A DNA stretch of 64,000 bases. Source: Dehalococcoidia bacterium. GTDB taxonomy: Bacteria > Chloroflexota > Dehalococcoidia > Dehalococcoidales > JAUYDJ01. A program made the position numbers and the translations under genes. The stretch covers positions 836,844 to 900,843 of the forward strand of contig CP070693.1 in NCBI GenBank assembly GCA_020353235.1. The letters run 5' to 3'. This document shows, one piece after another, positions 28,311 through 39,103 of this stretch. The notes below the pieces were generated by a model, which worked only from the letters and a program-made list of their open reading frames with translations, had not been told where the DNA came from and did not search any database. The first letter of the stretch is position 1, and each line of letters starts with the position of its first letter.

Positions 28311-29555
28311 TTATTTCCCCACCAGGCTCTTTATCAGGCGGAGCTCGTCCCTTAGCAGTCGGGTCATGAGGAAGTTCTGTCTGACGGTTTCCTTGCCTTC
28401 TTTACCCAGGCGACGCGCTACCGCCGGGTTTTGCAGCAGATAGACTATTTTGTCGGCGCATTCCTCCACGCTGTTGACCAGGTAATTGCTCAGCTCACCG
28501 GGCATTTGCAGTGGAATGCCGCCGGCATTACCGGCCACCACCAGGGTTTCTTTCCACAACGCCTCGGCGACCACCAGCCCGAATCCCTCCCTGATTGACT
28601 TCTGAATAATCAAATCAGAGGCTCTCTGGAAGGCATTGACCTCCATATTGCCGACACCGGTCAGGTTGGAGAAGACGAAGATATCATCATCCTTGATGGC
28701 TTCAGCGTTAATGGCGGCGTGCATATCCCAGGACTCGGGGTCGTCGGGGGCAAAACTGCCCACCATGGCGAGCTGAAGCCCGGGCACCTTTTCTTTAGCC
28801 AGGCGGTAGGCAGCCATGGTGCCGAAGGGGTCTTTCCAGCGGTCAAAGCGGGAGACCTGGGTGATGATAAGGCGGTTGATGTCAAAGCCCAGGTTGTCCA
28901 GCATTTCACGGCAGACGTGTTTTTTGATGTACATGTTCTTGGAACTGAAGGGGCAGATAGCCGGTGCCATGGTGGCGATATTGGTGATATTAAGGCTCTG
29001 GGGGATAAACTTCTCAGTGGTAAAAATGGCGGCGTCGTGCTGCTCAATATAGGGGCGCAGGAAGTCCCACACCGCTTCATCCGGCTGGGAACTATCAACA
29101 TGGCAGCGCCAGATCCATTTGGCGTTATTTTCGGACAGATAGTGGCGCAGGGCGGCGGGCTGGGGGTCATTGACGATGAAAACATCGTAATTGGTATCCA
29201 GCTCACGGGCGTTGGCCAGGTTGTGGTTCTGATATTCCCGTCTCGTCTTCGGTTGCTCAATGGCGGCGAACGAGGCACCCTGCAGAGCATTGTGCAGGGC
29301 TTTGGTGATGGTGAAGAAGCGGCGGTCACCACGGATGACCTGCCAGTCGGCGCAAATACCCAACGAGCGCATCAGTGGAATATAAGAGACCAGGAGCTCA
29401 GCCACCCCGCCACCGAAGGGGGTGGAATTGATGTGGCACAGCCTCAGCCCCTTGAGGTCATTACCCAGACTGACAACTTCATCAACAATGTCCTCGGCTT
29501 CTACCCAGCGGTATTTGTTGATGTCAGCGGTGCCCAAGGAGACCTTCTGAAGCAT
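28311..29555 (-). CDS. treT: Trehalose synthase TreT-like glycosyltransferase (GT4)
   Basis: The start is trimmed to MLQKVSLG (ATG at 29555). Long stretches match my recollection of Thermococcus TreT: HINSTPFGGGVAELL, FFTITKALHNALQG, NDPQPAAL, WIWRCHVD, ITQVSRFDRWKDP, VNAFQRASDLIIQKSIREGFGLVVAEALWK. Confidence 0.8.
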   Translation of the reverse strand: MLQKVSLGTADINKYRWVEAEDIVDEVVSLGNDLKGLRLCHINSTPFGGGVAELLVSYIPLMRSLGICADWQVIRGDRRFFTITKALHNALQGASFAAIEQPKTRREYQNHNLANARELDTNYDVFIVNDPQPAALRHYLSENNAKWIWRCHVDSSQPDEAVWDFLRPYIEQHDAAIFTTEKFIPQSLNITNIATMAPAICPFSSKNMYIKKHVCREMLDNLGFDINRLIITQVSRFDRWKDPFGTMAAYRLAKEKVPGLQLAMVGSFAPDDPESWDMHAAINAEAIKDDDIFVFSNLTGVGNMEVNAFQRASDLIIQKSIREGFGLVVAEALWKETLVVAGNAGGIPLQMPGELSNYLVNSVEECADKIVYLLQNPAVARRLGKEGKETVRQNFLMTRLLRDELRLIKSLVGK

Positions 29556-29556
29556 G

Positions 29557-30705
29557 TTAACTTCCCTTAAGAGCCGATAGCTGCCATATCTTGCCTTCGG
29601 TAACAATAGATGGCGCGATTACCATCTCAACTTTTTGCATCTCGGGAATGGTAGTCACCCCGCAGACACCCATCGCGGTGCGCAGGGCACCGGCCAGGTT
29701 TTCTCGGCCATCGGTAACCGAGGTCGGGCCGAAGAGGATTTGCTCTAGTGAACTGCTGGTGCCCACTTTTATGCGTGTCCCCCGCGGAAGTGCCGGGTGG
29801 GGGTGGGACATACCCCAGTGGTAGCCGTGACCGGGGGCTTCCTTGGCTTTGGCGAAGAGGGAGCCAATCATGACCGCATCAGCGCCGGCAACAACCGCTT
29901 TACATACGTCACTGCCCTTGGTGAAGCCGCCATCGGTAATAATGGGCACATAGCGGCCTGATTCTTTCTTATATTGCTCTCGGGCGGCGGCGCAGTCCAT
30001 AGTGGCGGTTATCTGGGGGACGCCGACGCCGAGGACTTCCCGGGTGGTGCAGGCGGCACCGGGGCCGACCCCGACCAATACACCGGAAACACCGGTCCGC
30101 ATTAACTCGAGACAGGCGCTGTAGCTGACGCAGTTACCGACCACTACCGGCATCGGTATGGATTGGCACAGTTCGGCGAAGACCAGTCCGCGGTAGCTTT
30201 TGGAGACATGGCGGGCGGTGGTAACTGTGGACTGGACGAACAGAATATCGGCTTTGGCTTCCGCCGTCAGGGGGGCGAAGCGTTTGGTATTGGCGGGCGT
30301 AACCGAAGCGGCACAGGTTGCCTTGGCCTTCTTGACGGCCTGTATCCGCTCGCCGATGAGGTTTTCCTTGATTGGCGCTGAGTATATCTTCTGTAGTAGT
30401 GCCGTGACCTGGCTGTCGGAGGCTTGGGCGATTTCAGCGTATATCTCTTCGGGGTTATCGTAGCGGGTCTGTATCCCCTCCAGATGGAGCAGCGCCAGAC
30501 CGCCTAGCTGGCTCATTAAGATGGCCATCTTGACATCGGTGACCGCGTCCATGGCGGCGGCTAGAATGGGGATGGAGAAGGTAATCTTGCCTATCTTGAA
30601 GTCAATGTTGGTCTGGTCGGGATTGACGGTAACATCGCCGGGCACAATAGCCACTTCGTCAAATCCGTAGGCAGGCCGGAGCTGCTTAAATTGGGGTATC
30701 GCCAT
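29557..30705 (-). CDS. IMP dehydrogenase-related protein (GuaB3-like, no CBS pair)
   Basis: 382 aa with [12 protein letters not shown]...[13 protein letters not shown] and an IMPDH/GMPR TIM-barrel pattern. The region includes [18 protein letters not shown]. Confidence 0.7.
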   Translation of the reverse strand: MAIPQFKQLRPAYGFDEVAIVPGDVTVNPDQTNIDFKIGKITFSIPILAAAMDAVTDVKMAILMSQLGGLALLHLEGIQTRYDNPEEIYAEIAQASDSQVTALLQKIYSAPIKENLIGERIQAVKKAKATCAASVTPANTKRFAPLTAEAKADILFVQSTVTTARHVSKSYRGLVFAELCQSIPMPVVVGNCVSYSACLELMRTGVSGVLVGVGPGAACTTREVLGVGVPQITATMDCAAAREQYKKESGRYVPIITDGGFTKGSDVCKAVVAGADAVMIGSLFAKAKEAPGHGYHWGMSHPHPALPRGTRIKVGTSSSLEQILFGPTSVTDGRENLAGALRTAMGVCGVTTIPEMQKVEMVIAPSIVTEGKIWQLSALKGS

Positions 30706-30788
30706 TCATTCCTCCTTAAATATTAAGATATTATCACCAGCATCGGGAGCCAGCTGGGAGTGCCGGTAAACTCGTCACCAGAGTGACT

Positions 30789-31745
30789 TCACCCCTGTTT
30801 TCTGAGTTCTACCAGCTTGCCGGTTGAGTCCCTGAGCATATTACGCACTTCCTGGGCGCTGTAGGTCGGCTTATAGTCGAGCAGGCGCTTTGCCTTGCTG
30901 ATATCCAGGCTGCATTCAAAGGGCAGGGTGGTGTCCATGGTGATGCTCGGGTCGCCTTGCCATTTATCCGCCGGTATAATCTCCAGCTTTGACGAAGAGG
31001 CGGTCAGCTCAAGGACGACTCTGGCTAAGTCCAGCCAGGTGAGATAGGCACCGCTGGTCAGGTTAAAGACCTGTCCAAAGCCCTTTTCGTTCAGGGTGGC
31101 GGTGAGAAAGCCGCGGACAGTATCCTCATTGAGGATAAAGTCCCCACCACCCTTGTCGGGGAGTTTGATTACCTCCCCTTTGAGGGCATTGTCAATCATG
31201 GCTTTGAGCACCTTTCCCTGCATTGGCTGGGTAGGGTCAATGGAATACCACCACCTGAGCACGGTAAAGGGCAGCCTGTGTTCCCGCCAGTAGGTGAGGC
31301 CAATCTGCTCTCTGGTCAGTTTGGAGAGGGAATACAGCGGGCGCCGCGACTCTTCGGGGTGGAGGGGGTGCTCCTCGTCCATGGGGGCATATCTAGGTTT
31401 GCCATAAACCCGATGGGTGCTGGCGAAGAGGAAATGCTTGACCTTATTGGCAACAGCTGCTTCCAGGAGGTTGACCAAGCCTTTAATGTCAACATCAACT
31501 ACCTCGTAGGGGTCGGAGGAAAATGTCTCTGCCAGGTGGTAGATGACATCGGCACCTTTGACGGCCAGCTTGATCTTTGCCCGGTCTTCAATACCGCCTT
31601 CAATCAGCTCGACAGCTGGACTCTTCATTTCGGCAAGATTGGCCATGTTTTTATCCAGTACCTTGACCTTATCACCGCGGGCCAGCAGTTCATTTATCAG
31701 CTTTTTGCCGGTAAAACCAGCCCCACCAGTAATTAAAGCATTCAT
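30789..31745 (-). CDS. NAD-dependent epimerase/dehydratase (extended SDR)
   Basis: The start is trimmed to MNALITGGAGFTGKKL (ATG at 31745, with a GGAGG RBS upstream). The YxxxK region is YSLSK. Confidence 0.8.
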   Translation of the reverse strand: MNALITGGAGFTGKKLINELLARGDKVKVLDKNMANLAEMKSPAVELIEGGIEDRAKIKLAVKGADVIYHLAETFSSDPYEVVDVDIKGLVNLLEAAVANKVKHFLFASTHRVYGKPRYAPMDEEHPLHPEESRRPLYSLSKLTREQIGLTYWREHRLPFTVLRWWYSIDPTQPMQGKVLKAMIDNALKGEVIKLPDKGGGDFILNEDTVRGFLTATLNEKGFGQVFNLTSGAYLTWLDLARVVLELTASSSKLEIIPADKWQGDPSITMDTTLPFECSLDISKAKRLLDYKPTYSAQEVRNMLRDSTGKLVELRKQG

Positions 31746-31897
31746 CAATGCACCTCCTCTCGGGGAAAGTTGACCATGCGGTTTCAGATATAATGGAATT
31801 ATAAGCAAAGGCTTTTGGGGTGTCAATAACGCCCCAGTCAGGCTGAGGTAGACGGAGGGTGTTTTATCCATTATAATAGCTCAGGATACAGACGGTT

Positions 31898-32713
31898 ATG
31901 TCCACGCTTTATGTGGTGGCTACCCCGATTGGCAATCTGGAAGATGTGACACTACGTGCCCTGCGCTGTTTACGTGAGGTGAAGCTGATTATCGCTGAGG
32001 ACACTCGCAAGACCAAACGGCTGCTCACTACCTACGACATCAAGACCCCCCTGACCAGTTATCACGAGTATAGTCGGCAGGCCAAGCTTGATTACCTGCT
32101 GCGCCGGCTTGAAGAGGGGGACGCGGCGCTGGTCTCAGAAGCGGGGACGCCGGGTATCTCTGACCCGGGCTACGACTTGGTCGTGGCCGCCAGCGAACGG
32201 GGCATTGCGGTGGTGCCCATTCCCGGTCCTTCGGTGGTTATCAGTGCCCTGGTCATCTCCGGACTACCCACCGACCGCTTTAGCTATCTTGGCTTTCTGC
32301 CCCATCGGGCTGGGGAGCGGCGGCGCCGGCTGGAATCGGTAGCCGCTGAAAAGGGCACCGTAGTGGCACTGGAGTCCCCCCACCGCCTGCTGGCTGCCCT
32401 GAAGGACATACAGGCTGTCCTGGGCGACCGTCGGATAGCGGTCTGCCGTGAATTGACCAAAATCCATGAGGAGGTCTTTCGGGGGAAGGTAAGCCAGGCC
32501 ATCGCCCATTTTACCGAGCCGAGGGGGGAGTTTGCCCTGGTTATTGAAGGTAGGCGTGAGGCAGGTAAGCCTCAGCTAACGGAAGATATCGCCCGGAAGT
32601 TACAGGAGATGCACCGGTCGGGGATACCGGCGAAAGAAGCTATAGCACAGGTCGCCAGGGATACCGGTTTAGCCAAGCGAGAGCTGTATCGGGCCTGGCT
32701 TAAGAAAGATTGA
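31898..32713 (+). CDS. rsmI: 16S rRNA (cytidine1402-2'-O)-methyltransferase
   Basis: 271 aa with LYVVATPIGNLEDVTLRAL...IAEDTRKTKRLL, the tetrapyrrole-methylase-fold RsmI pattern. Confidence 0.9.
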   Translation: MSTLYVVATPIGNLEDVTLRALRCLREVKLIIAEDTRKTKRLLTTYDIKTPLTSYHEYSRQAKLDYLLRRLEEGDAALVSEAGTPGISDPGYDLVVAASERGIAVVPIPGPSVVISALVISGLPTDRFSYLGFLPHRAGERRRRLESVAAEKGTVVALESPHRLLAALKDIQAVLGDRRIAVCRELTKIHEEVFRGKVSQAIAHFTEPRGEFALVIEGRREAGKPQLTEDIARKLQEMHRSGIPAKEAIAQVARDTGLAKRELYRAWLKKD

Positions 32714-32745
32714 TAGATAACTCACTAGAGATGGGAGGGTTAGCC

Positions 32746-33024
32746 ATGAGACGGGGTTCTATCTCTTTAGGACAGATAAAGTGCGATGATTGTCAGGGTA
32801 TTATACCGCATCCAGAGCGTTACCTCGCCATTGAGAAGGAAGATGGCACCACCGAGCGCCTCTGCGTTGACTGTGCCCTGAAGAGGGGCTGTGCTCACTA
32901 TAAAATGGAGCGCGGGGAGCTGGTGTTGACCTTTATGGAGGAAGAGGTGGGGCAAAAAGGGGAAGCGAAAGGCGAGGAACAAGAGGCAGAGAAAAAGGAA
33001 GCAACCGGGGAAGAGGAAGAGTAG
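32746..33024 (+). CDS. Small zinc-ribbon protein with acidic tail, function unknown
   Basis: The likely start is MRRGSISL, with a GGGAGGG RBS 7 nt upstream. The Cys motif is CDDC...CVDC and the tail is GEEQEAEKKEATGEEEE. Confidence 0.55.
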   Translation: MRRGSISLGQIKCDDCQGIIPHPERYLAIEKEDGTTERLCVDCALKRGCAHYKMERGELVLTFMEEEVGQKGEAKGEEQEAEKKEATGEEEE

Positions 33025-33033
33025 ACGACAGCG

Positions 33034-34725
33034 ATGAGTGAGCGGATTTTTATTGGGGTAGCCTGGCCCTATGCCGATGGCCCGCTGCATCTGGGGCACA
33101 TCGCCGGGGCGTATTTGCCGGCGGATATCTTTGCCCGCTACCACCGGGCCAGGGGCAACCAGGTATTGATGGTATCCGGTTCTGACCAGCACGGCACGCC
33201 GATAACCATCAAGGCGGAGCAGGCGGGGAAAACCCCGGCCGAGATAGCCACCCGCTATCACCAGCAGTTTCTTGAGTCCTGGCAGAAGCTGGGTATTTCC
33301 TTTGACTTGTTTACCGCTACCGGTACCGAAAATCATGCCCAGGTAACCCAGGACATCTTCCTTACCCTGCTTAATAAAGGCTATATCTATCGTAATACCG
33401 TTTCCCAGCCCTTCTGCCCCCAGTGTAAACGGTTTCTGGCTGACCGCTATGTTGAGGGCACCTGCCCTTACTGCCGGGCGGCTGGCGCCCGTGGCGACCA
33501 GTGTGATGCCTGCGGCAAGCCGCTTAATGCCGCCGAGCTGATTGACTATCAGTGCCGTCTCTGTGGAACGACGCCCCAGTTCCAGGACTCAGAGCACTTC
33601 TTTTTGAAGCTGAGCGCCTTTGAAGACCAACTGCTAGCCTGGGTGAAGGATAAGAACTACTGGCGTCAGAATGTGCTTAACTTTACCCGGCGCTATCTGG
33701 AGGAGGGGCTGAGGGACCGGGCGATTACCCGTGATATAGACTGGGGGATACCGATACCGGTCAAGGGTTTCGAGAAAAAGCGCATCTATGTCTGGTTTGA
33801 GGCGGTTATCGGCTACCTTTCGGCGAGCAAGGAATGGGCTAAGTCCAGCGGCGATGAAGACGGGTGGCGTAAGTTCTGGCAGGAGGAGGTAAAGAGCTAT
33901 TACTTCATCGGCAAGGATAATATTCCCTTTCATACCATTATCTGGCCGGCAATGCTGATGGGCTATGATGACAAGCTTAATCTGCCTTATGATGTACCGG
34001 CCAATGAATTCCTGACCATTGAGGGCAGCAAGCTTTCCACCAGCCGCAACTGGGCAGTCTGGGTGCCCGATTATCTCTCCCGCTATGACCCTGACCCGCT
34101 GCGCTATCTTCTTTCTATAAATATGCCGGAGACGGGGGATGCCGATTTTTCCTGGCGCGAGTTCATCCGCCGCAACAACGACGAGCTGGTGGCAACCTAT
34201 GGCAATCTGGTCAACCGGGTGCTTACCTTTGTCTATCGTAACTTTGACGGTTGTGTGCCCGCCTATGATGAAATAGACGGCAGGGGTAATGAATTAATCA
34301 ACATGGCTGATTCGGTATTTAATACTATATTCGCCGATAACGGGCTTCTTTATAACTGCAATTTCAAGCAGGCATTGAAAATGGCGATGACCGTCGCTCA
34401 GGAAACAAACCGTTATCTTGATGAAAAATCGCCCTGGAAAATAATTAAAGAGGACAAACAGGCGGCGGCTGACTCACTGTACGTAGCTCTGGGCATAATT
34501 TCCCGCCTGAAAACGATGCTGTATCCCTTCTTGCCCTTCAGTTCGCAGAAGGTGCATGAGTATCTCGGTTTTGAGGGCAAAGTGGAGGACTATGCTCAGA
34601 AGAAAGCGCTGAAGCCTCTGCCCGAGCCGGGGCAGAGATTACAGAAGCCCCAGCCTCTGTTTTCGAAATTAGATGAGGCACTGGTTGAGGAAGAGACCGT
34701 TCGCTTGGGTTCAGCTGGTAATTAA
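33034..34725 (+). CDS. metG: Methionyl-tRNA synthetase
   Basis: 563 aa with PLHLGHIAGAYLPADIFARYHR, a zinc knuckle region (CPQC...CPYC, CDAC...CRLC) and the KMSKS-equivalent SKLSTSRN. Confidence 0.95.
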   Translation: MSERIFIGVAWPYADGPLHLGHIAGAYLPADIFARYHRARGNQVLMVSGSDQHGTPITIKAEQAGKTPAEIATRYHQQFLESWQKLGISFDLFTATGTENHAQVTQDIFLTLLNKGYIYRNTVSQPFCPQCKRFLADRYVEGTCPYCRAAGARGDQCDACGKPLNAAELIDYQCRLCGTTPQFQDSEHFFLKLSAFEDQLLAWVKDKNYWRQNVLNFTRRYLEEGLRDRAITRDIDWGIPIPVKGFEKKRIYVWFEAVIGYLSASKEWAKSSGDEDGWRKFWQEEVKSYYFIGKDNIPFHTIIWPAMLMGYDDKLNLPYDVPANEFLTIEGSKLSTSRNWAVWVPDYLSRYDPDPLRYLLSINMPETGDADFSWREFIRRNNDELVATYGNLVNRVLTFVYRNFDGCVPAYDEIDGRGNELINMADSVFNTIFADNGLLYNCNFKQALKMAMTVAQETNRYLDEKSPWKIIKEDKQAAADSLYVALGIISRLKTMLYPFLPFSSQKVHEYLGFEGKVEDYAQKKALKPLPEPGQRLQKPQPLFSKLDEALVEEETVRLGSAGN

Positions 34726-34736
34726 GCGGGGAGACC

Positions 34737-35702
34737 TTGAAGCTAAACAAAATCTATAAACCGATTCAGCAGGAGCTGGTTAGGGCAGAAGAAAGCCTGG
34801 CGTCGGTCACTAGGGTTGAGCCTAACTGGCTGGCTAAAATGCTGGACTATAGCCTGAGCGGTGGGGGCAAGCGAATCCGCCCCGCCCTGGCGCTGCTATC
34901 GGGTAAGCTCTATGACTATAACCTTGACTACTTGTTGCCGATGGCGGTGGCAGTTGAGCTGATGCACACTGCTACGCTGGTTCATGATGATGCCATTGAC
35001 AACTCGCTGGTGCGCCGGAGCAAGCCGACGATTAACAGCGTCTGGGGTGAGGAAAAAGCGGTACTGCTGGGGGACTATCTGTTTGCCCGCTCTGGAGAGT
35101 TTGCCGCTGATACTCAGAACCTGCGGGTGGTCAGGCTGTTCAGCCAGACGCTGGCGATCATTTCTACCGGGGAACTGGAACAGACCTTCACCGCTTTCAA
35201 TACGGACCAGAGCTGGCAGGACTACCTCAAGCGAATTTCCCATAAAACAGCCTCTCTCTTCTCGCTAGCGACGGAATCAGGGGCTATCCTGAGCCAGGCG
35301 CCGGAGAAGTCAATCGAGATTCTAAAAGATTACGGCTATAATCTGGGTATTGCCTTTCAGATAGTGGATGACATTCTGGACTTTATCGGCACTGAAGAGG
35401 AACTGGGCAAGCCGGTAGGCTCTGATTTGTCTCAGGGCACTCTTACTTTACCGGCGATACTCCTCTTGGAGCAGTATCCTGATGATAATCCGATAAAGAA
35501 GTCATTTAGTGATGCGGACAGGCCGAAGAATATCGAACTAGCCTTAAATATGGTTCGAGACTCATCAATTCCGGAGGCATGCTATCAGGTCGCCGCTGAT
35601 TATTGCGCCAAGGCCTGCCGCAATCTCAATCTTCTGCCTGATAATGACAGCCTGCAGTCGCTAATACAGCTGGCTGGCTTTATTGCTGAAAGAAGAGAAT
35701 AA
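34737..35702 (+). CDS. Polyprenyl diphosphate synthase (trans-IPPS, long-chain type)
   Basis: 321 aa with a TTG start after GGGGAG. First Asp-rich motif is LVHDDAIDNS and the second is FQIVDDILD. Confidence 0.85.
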   Translation: MKLNKIYKPIQQELVRAEESLASVTRVEPNWLAKMLDYSLSGGGKRIRPALALLSGKLYDYNLDYLLPMAVAVELMHTATLVHDDAIDNSLVRRSKPTINSVWGEEKAVLLGDYLFARSGEFAADTQNLRVVRLFSQTLAIISTGELEQTFTAFNTDQSWQDYLKRISHKTASLFSLATESGAILSQAPEKSIEILKDYGYNLGIAFQIVDDILDFIGTEEELGKPVGSDLSQGTLTLPAILLLEQYPDDNPIKKSFSDADRPKNIELALNMVRDSSIPEACYQVAADYCAKACRNLNLLPDNDSLQSLIQLAGFIAERRE

Positions 35703-35706
35703 CTGC

Positions 35707-36114
35707 TTATCTCTTCTCAATGGCAAAGCTGCCGTCCAAGTAGGTCTCTTTTTTCCGGGTGGGCATTTTTTCCTTAAATTGGTCGATGGCGTACTGGCAA
35801 GCAGCAAAGCTGTCCTGGCGGTGGGCGGAAGCCAGGGCAATGACCAGATTGACATCGCCTACTTTCAGTTTGCCAACCCGGTGGTATATGGCGATGTTAT
35901 TCAGCTCCCATTTCTGTTTAACTTCGCTGGCTATCTGGCACAGGGTATTTTCCGCAGTACCATCAACATCTTCATATTCTACAGAGAGCACCGCTTTGTG
36001 GTGGGAAGAGTCGCGAATCAAGCCGATATAGAGTACCACACAGCCGCTACTACTGGTCTTGACCCGGGCGGCCACGCTTAGGGGAGAGATGGGCTTATCG
36101 GTAATCTTGATCAT
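35707..36114 (-). CDS. moaE: Molybdopterin synthase catalytic subunit MoaE
   Basis: 135 aa with the family pattern G.VV.Y.G..RD...HKAV..L.YE and IAIYHRVGKLKVGDVNLVIALASAHR. Confidence 0.75.
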   Translation of the reverse strand: MIKITDKPISPLSVAARVKTSSSGCVVLYIGLIRDSSHHKAVLSVEYEDVDGTAENTLCQIASEVKQKWELNNIAIYHRVGKLKVGDVNLVIALASAHRQDSFAACQYAIDQFKEKMPTRKKETYLDGSFAIEKR

Positions 36115-36122
36115 GCCGTCTT

Positions 36123-38066
36123 TTAATCAGGGGTAGCCGGAGTCTGTTTCGGGACAAGGCGGGGTACTGCAGGAGCTTCACTGGGTTTGGCGGCCGGTTC
36201 TTTTTCGGCTACTGGTTCGACGGGAACCGGGGTCGGTTTTACTCTGGCTTTGCGGGCGCGTTTGCCGCCTTTGCTCAGCAGTGCTTCTAGGTCTTCGCCC
36301 TCAAGCGTCTCCTCGGCGATAAGCTTTTCGGCTATGAGAATCAGCTTTGATTTATTATCGGTTAAAATCTTGCGAGCCGTTTCGTGAGCATCCCGAATAG
36401 CCTTGTTGACTTCCTCATCAATGGCGTCAGCTATCTTGTCGCCGTAGTCTTTTTGTTCTGATATCTCACGACCGAGGAAGACTAGTTCCTGTTTGTCACC
36501 AAAGGTGCGCGGCCCCAGTTTGTCGCTCATGCCGAAGTCAGTTACCATCTTGCGAGCCAGCGCGGTAGCCCGTTTGATGTCATCATAAGCGCCGGTGGTT
36601 ACGTCATTAAAGATTAGTTCTTCCGCGGCGTGACCGCCGAGGAAGGTGGCCACCATATCTTTGATTTGAGAGCGTGAGGTAAGGTAGCGGTCTTCAACCG
36701 GCAGTTGTTTGGTGTGACCAAGAGACATACCCCGGGCCACGATGGATATCTTGTGTACCGGGTCAGCGTTAGGCAGCATTTTAGCCACCAGAGCATGCCC
36801 GGACTCGTGGTAGGCGATAATCTCTTTCTCTTTAGGGTTTATCTTGCGGCTCTTCCGCTCCGGACCGGCGATTACCCGGTCAATTGACTCCTCAAGCTCT
36901 TCCATGCTGATTATCTTTTTGTTCCGTCTCGCCGCTAGAATGGCTGCTTCATTAAGCAGATTAGCCAGGTCGGCGCCACTGAAACCAACCGTTCCTTTGG
37001 CCAATACGGCTAAGTCAACTCTCTTATCCAGGGGCTTGCCTTTGGCGTGGACCTTGAGAATGGCAGTTCGGCCATTGATATCGGGCTGGTCCAGGACAAC
37101 CCGGCGGTCAAAGCGCCCGGGGCGAAGCAGGGCCGGGTCGAGAATATCGGGGCGGTTGGTCGCCGCCATGACAATGACGCCGGCATTGGTGTCAAAGCCG
37201 TCCATTTCGGTCAGAATCTGATTGAGGGTTTGCTCCCTCTCGTCGTGGCTGCCACCCAGACCGGCACCGCGCTGGCGGCCCACGGCATCAATCTCGTCAA
37301 TGAAGATGATGCAGGGGGTATTGCGCTTGGCTTGGTCAAAGAGGTCACGCACTCGGGAGGCACCAACGCCGACGAACATCTCGACAAATTCGCTGCCGCT
37401 GATGGAAAAGAAGGGAACTCCAGCCTGGCCAGCCACTGCTCTGGCCAGCAGTGTTTTGCCGGTACCAGGCGGACCGACTAGCAGTACCCCTCGGGGGATA
37501 CGGGCGCCCAGGCTCTGGAACTTCTCCCTTGATTTGAGAAAATCTACCACTTCTGCTAATTCTTGTTTGGCTTCCTCAACCCCAGCGACGTCGTCAAAAG
37601 TTACCGTAGGCGTATCGGCTGGGAAGAGGCGGGCGCGGCTGCGGCCAAAGCTGAGTGCTTGGCTATTAGCCCCGCGTGCCTGCCGGAAGATAAAGAATAG
37701 CAAGCCGACTAAAATAATGAGGGGGATGAAGTTAATCAGCAGTGCCCCCCAGTCAATTCCAGACGAGTCCTTGACCTCGACCACTACCCCTTCCAGGTTA
37801 AGCCCGGCAATATCATGCAGGCTGTCGTTACCTTCTTTGAAGGCGACCATCTCAATGCCATCAACGGTGGTCAGCAGTAGCTTGTCACCCTCTACCAGAA
37901 TCTCGGCTATCTGGCCCTTTTGTGACATGGCTACCAGCTGGCTTTGCGGAATTGTCTCCGGTTTTTGCATATTGGTCATAATATGTGTGAACAGGAGGAC
38001 AGCGGTAATGAGCAGGGCGATATAGATTAAGCCACTACCTTTCCAGAAAGGCTTCATTATTCGCAT
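36123..38066 (-). CDS. ftsH: ATP-dependent zinc metalloprotease FtsH
   Basis: 647 aa with two N-terminal TM segments, Walker A GPPGTGKT, an SRH region and the zinc site HESGHAL. The start may be the Met at 38057. Confidence 0.95.
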   Translation of the reverse strand: MRIMKPFWKGSGLIYIALLITAVLLFTHIMTNMQKPETIPQSQLVAMSQKGQIAEILVEGDKLLLTTVDGIEMVAFKEGNDSLHDIAGLNLEGVVVEVKDSSGIDWGALLINFIPLIILVGLLFFIFRQARGANSQALSFGRSRARLFPADTPTVTFDDVAGVEEAKQELAEVVDFLKSREKFQSLGARIPRGVLLVGPPGTGKTLLARAVAGQAGVPFFSISGSEFVEMFVGVGASRVRDLFDQAKRNTPCIIFIDEIDAVGRQRGAGLGGSHDEREQTLNQILTEMDGFDTNAGVIVMAATNRPDILDPALLRPGRFDRRVVLDQPDINGRTAILKVHAKGKPLDKRVDLAVLAKGTVGFSGADLANLLNEAAILAARRNKKIISMEELEESIDRVIAGPERKSRKINPKEKEIIAYHESGHALVAKMLPNADPVHKISIVARGMSLGHTKQLPVEDRYLTSRSQIKDMVATFLGGHAAEELIFNDVTTGAYDDIKRATALARKMVTDFGMSDKLGPRTFGDKQELVFLGREISEQKDYGDKIADAIDEEVNKAIRDAHETARKILTDNKSKLILIAEKLIAEETLEGEDLEALLSKGGKRARKARVKPTPVPVEPVAEKEPAAKPSEAPAVPRLVPKQTPATPD

Positions 38067-38169
38067 TCACCTCGACTTATATTTAACTTCTTATATTATA
38101 GCAGAGATGACAAGTCAACAAAAATTAGTCTCTTTTAACGGGGTGGGGATAATAAGACGGGGCTATCTT

Positions 38170-38997
38170 CTAGAGGCTCATATAGGCTTCTTTGAGCAGC
38201 AAGGCATCCCTTTCCAGATTGGGGCTTTCGCAGATGATTACCCCCCCCACTTGGTAATCACGCAGCGCTTTGACTAGCTCGGGGTACTGAAAGTCCGAGT
38301 CCTTGAGGTCAAGGTGGCTTATCTCCCCCTTCCAGCCATACCTGATGCCGGAGACATGGACATGAATGTTGTCCAGGGCGGCCCTGCCCAGACGCTCCTC
38401 AACCTGTCGCAGGATGGCGGTAAACTCGGGGTAAGAGTTAGACTTGCCATCGCGGGCATGCCAGTGGGCAAAGTCAATACACGGCGCCAGCCCCTCCAGC
38501 TCGGTGCACAGCTTGAGCACCTCGTCGATAGTGCCGAACGCGCTTGGTTTACCCATGATTTCCGGCCTGATGCAGACCGGATTATGTTCCCGTTTGAGCT
38601 GGTCAAGCACTTCCGCAAGGTGCTGCTTGACATTCTGGTAGGCTTTTTGGGACGGGTCGCCGAGGTAAAAAGCGGGGTGGAAAACAATGCTTTCGGCACC
38701 ACACAATCCTCCGATGCGGGCGGTCTGGAGCAGCCTGTCCTGACTGGCCCTTATCTTTTCTGGCTCGCGGGCGTTAAGGTTTAGGTAGTAGGGGGCGTGG
38801 GCGGATAGCTTTATCCCCTCTTTAAGGGCGGTCTGGGCAACTAGGCGGGCTCCCGCCTCACCCATTTTTACTCCCTGGACAAACTCTATCTCCATAGCGC
38901 CGAGTCTAAGCTCGGCAATACGCCTGATGCCATCAATAGTTGTCTTGGGCCAGGCACTGCGGGGAACGCCAGCGGTGCCGAAAAGCAGCTCGGCCAT
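38170..38997 (-). CDS. Xylose isomerase-like TIM-barrel protein (AP endonuclease family 2 / Nfo-like)
   Basis: The start is trimmed to MAELLFGTAGVP (ATG at 38997); the 50-aa leader in the track ORF looks spurious. The pattern is SAHAPYYLNL...IVFHP...CIDFAHWHA...HVHVSG. Confidence 0.6.
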   Translation of the reverse strand: MAELLFGTAGVPRSAWPKTTIDGIRRIAELRLGAMEIEFVQGVKMGEAGARLVAQTALKEGIKLSAHAPYYLNLNAREPEKIRASQDRLLQTARIGGLCGAESIVFHPAFYLGDPSQKAYQNVKQHLAEVLDQLKREHNPVCIRPEIMGKPSAFGTIDEVLKLCTELEGLAPCIDFAHWHARDGKSNSYPEFTAILRQVEERLGRAALDNIHVHVSGIRYGWKGEISHLDLKDSDFQYPELVKALRDYQVGGVIICESPNLERDALLLKEAYMSL

Positions 38998-39103
38998 TTT
39001 GTTTTTCCTTATTTTTAGTGTAGCATAGCCATCCAGACCAGCCAAATTTTTGACTTGACCTTTTCTTCTGGCTTGGCTACAATTTTTAGTAGCCCGATGT
39101 TTC

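Noticed and set aside
28661-29570. ORFs 28719..29570 (+) and 28661..29332 (-) inside the treT-like gene
   Set aside because: They are alternative-frame or antisense products of a gene with long, specific TreT-like motifs. They have no independent signals.
31820-31846. Hairpin TGGGGTG-TCAATAA-CGCCCCA as a terminator between the epimerase and rsmI genes
   Set aside because: These genes are divergent, so the region lies upstream of both. No U tract follows on either strand. Its function is unclear and the evidence is too weak.
37222-38025. 267-aa plus-strand ORF
   Set aside because: It is antisense to ftsH.
38067-38169. Promoter call for ftsH based on a perfect TATAAT
   Set aside because: The nearby TTGACT lies only 12 nt upstream of the TATAAT. 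The hexamer at the proper 17-nt spacing is poor (TTTTGT). This is too uncertain to list as a feature.
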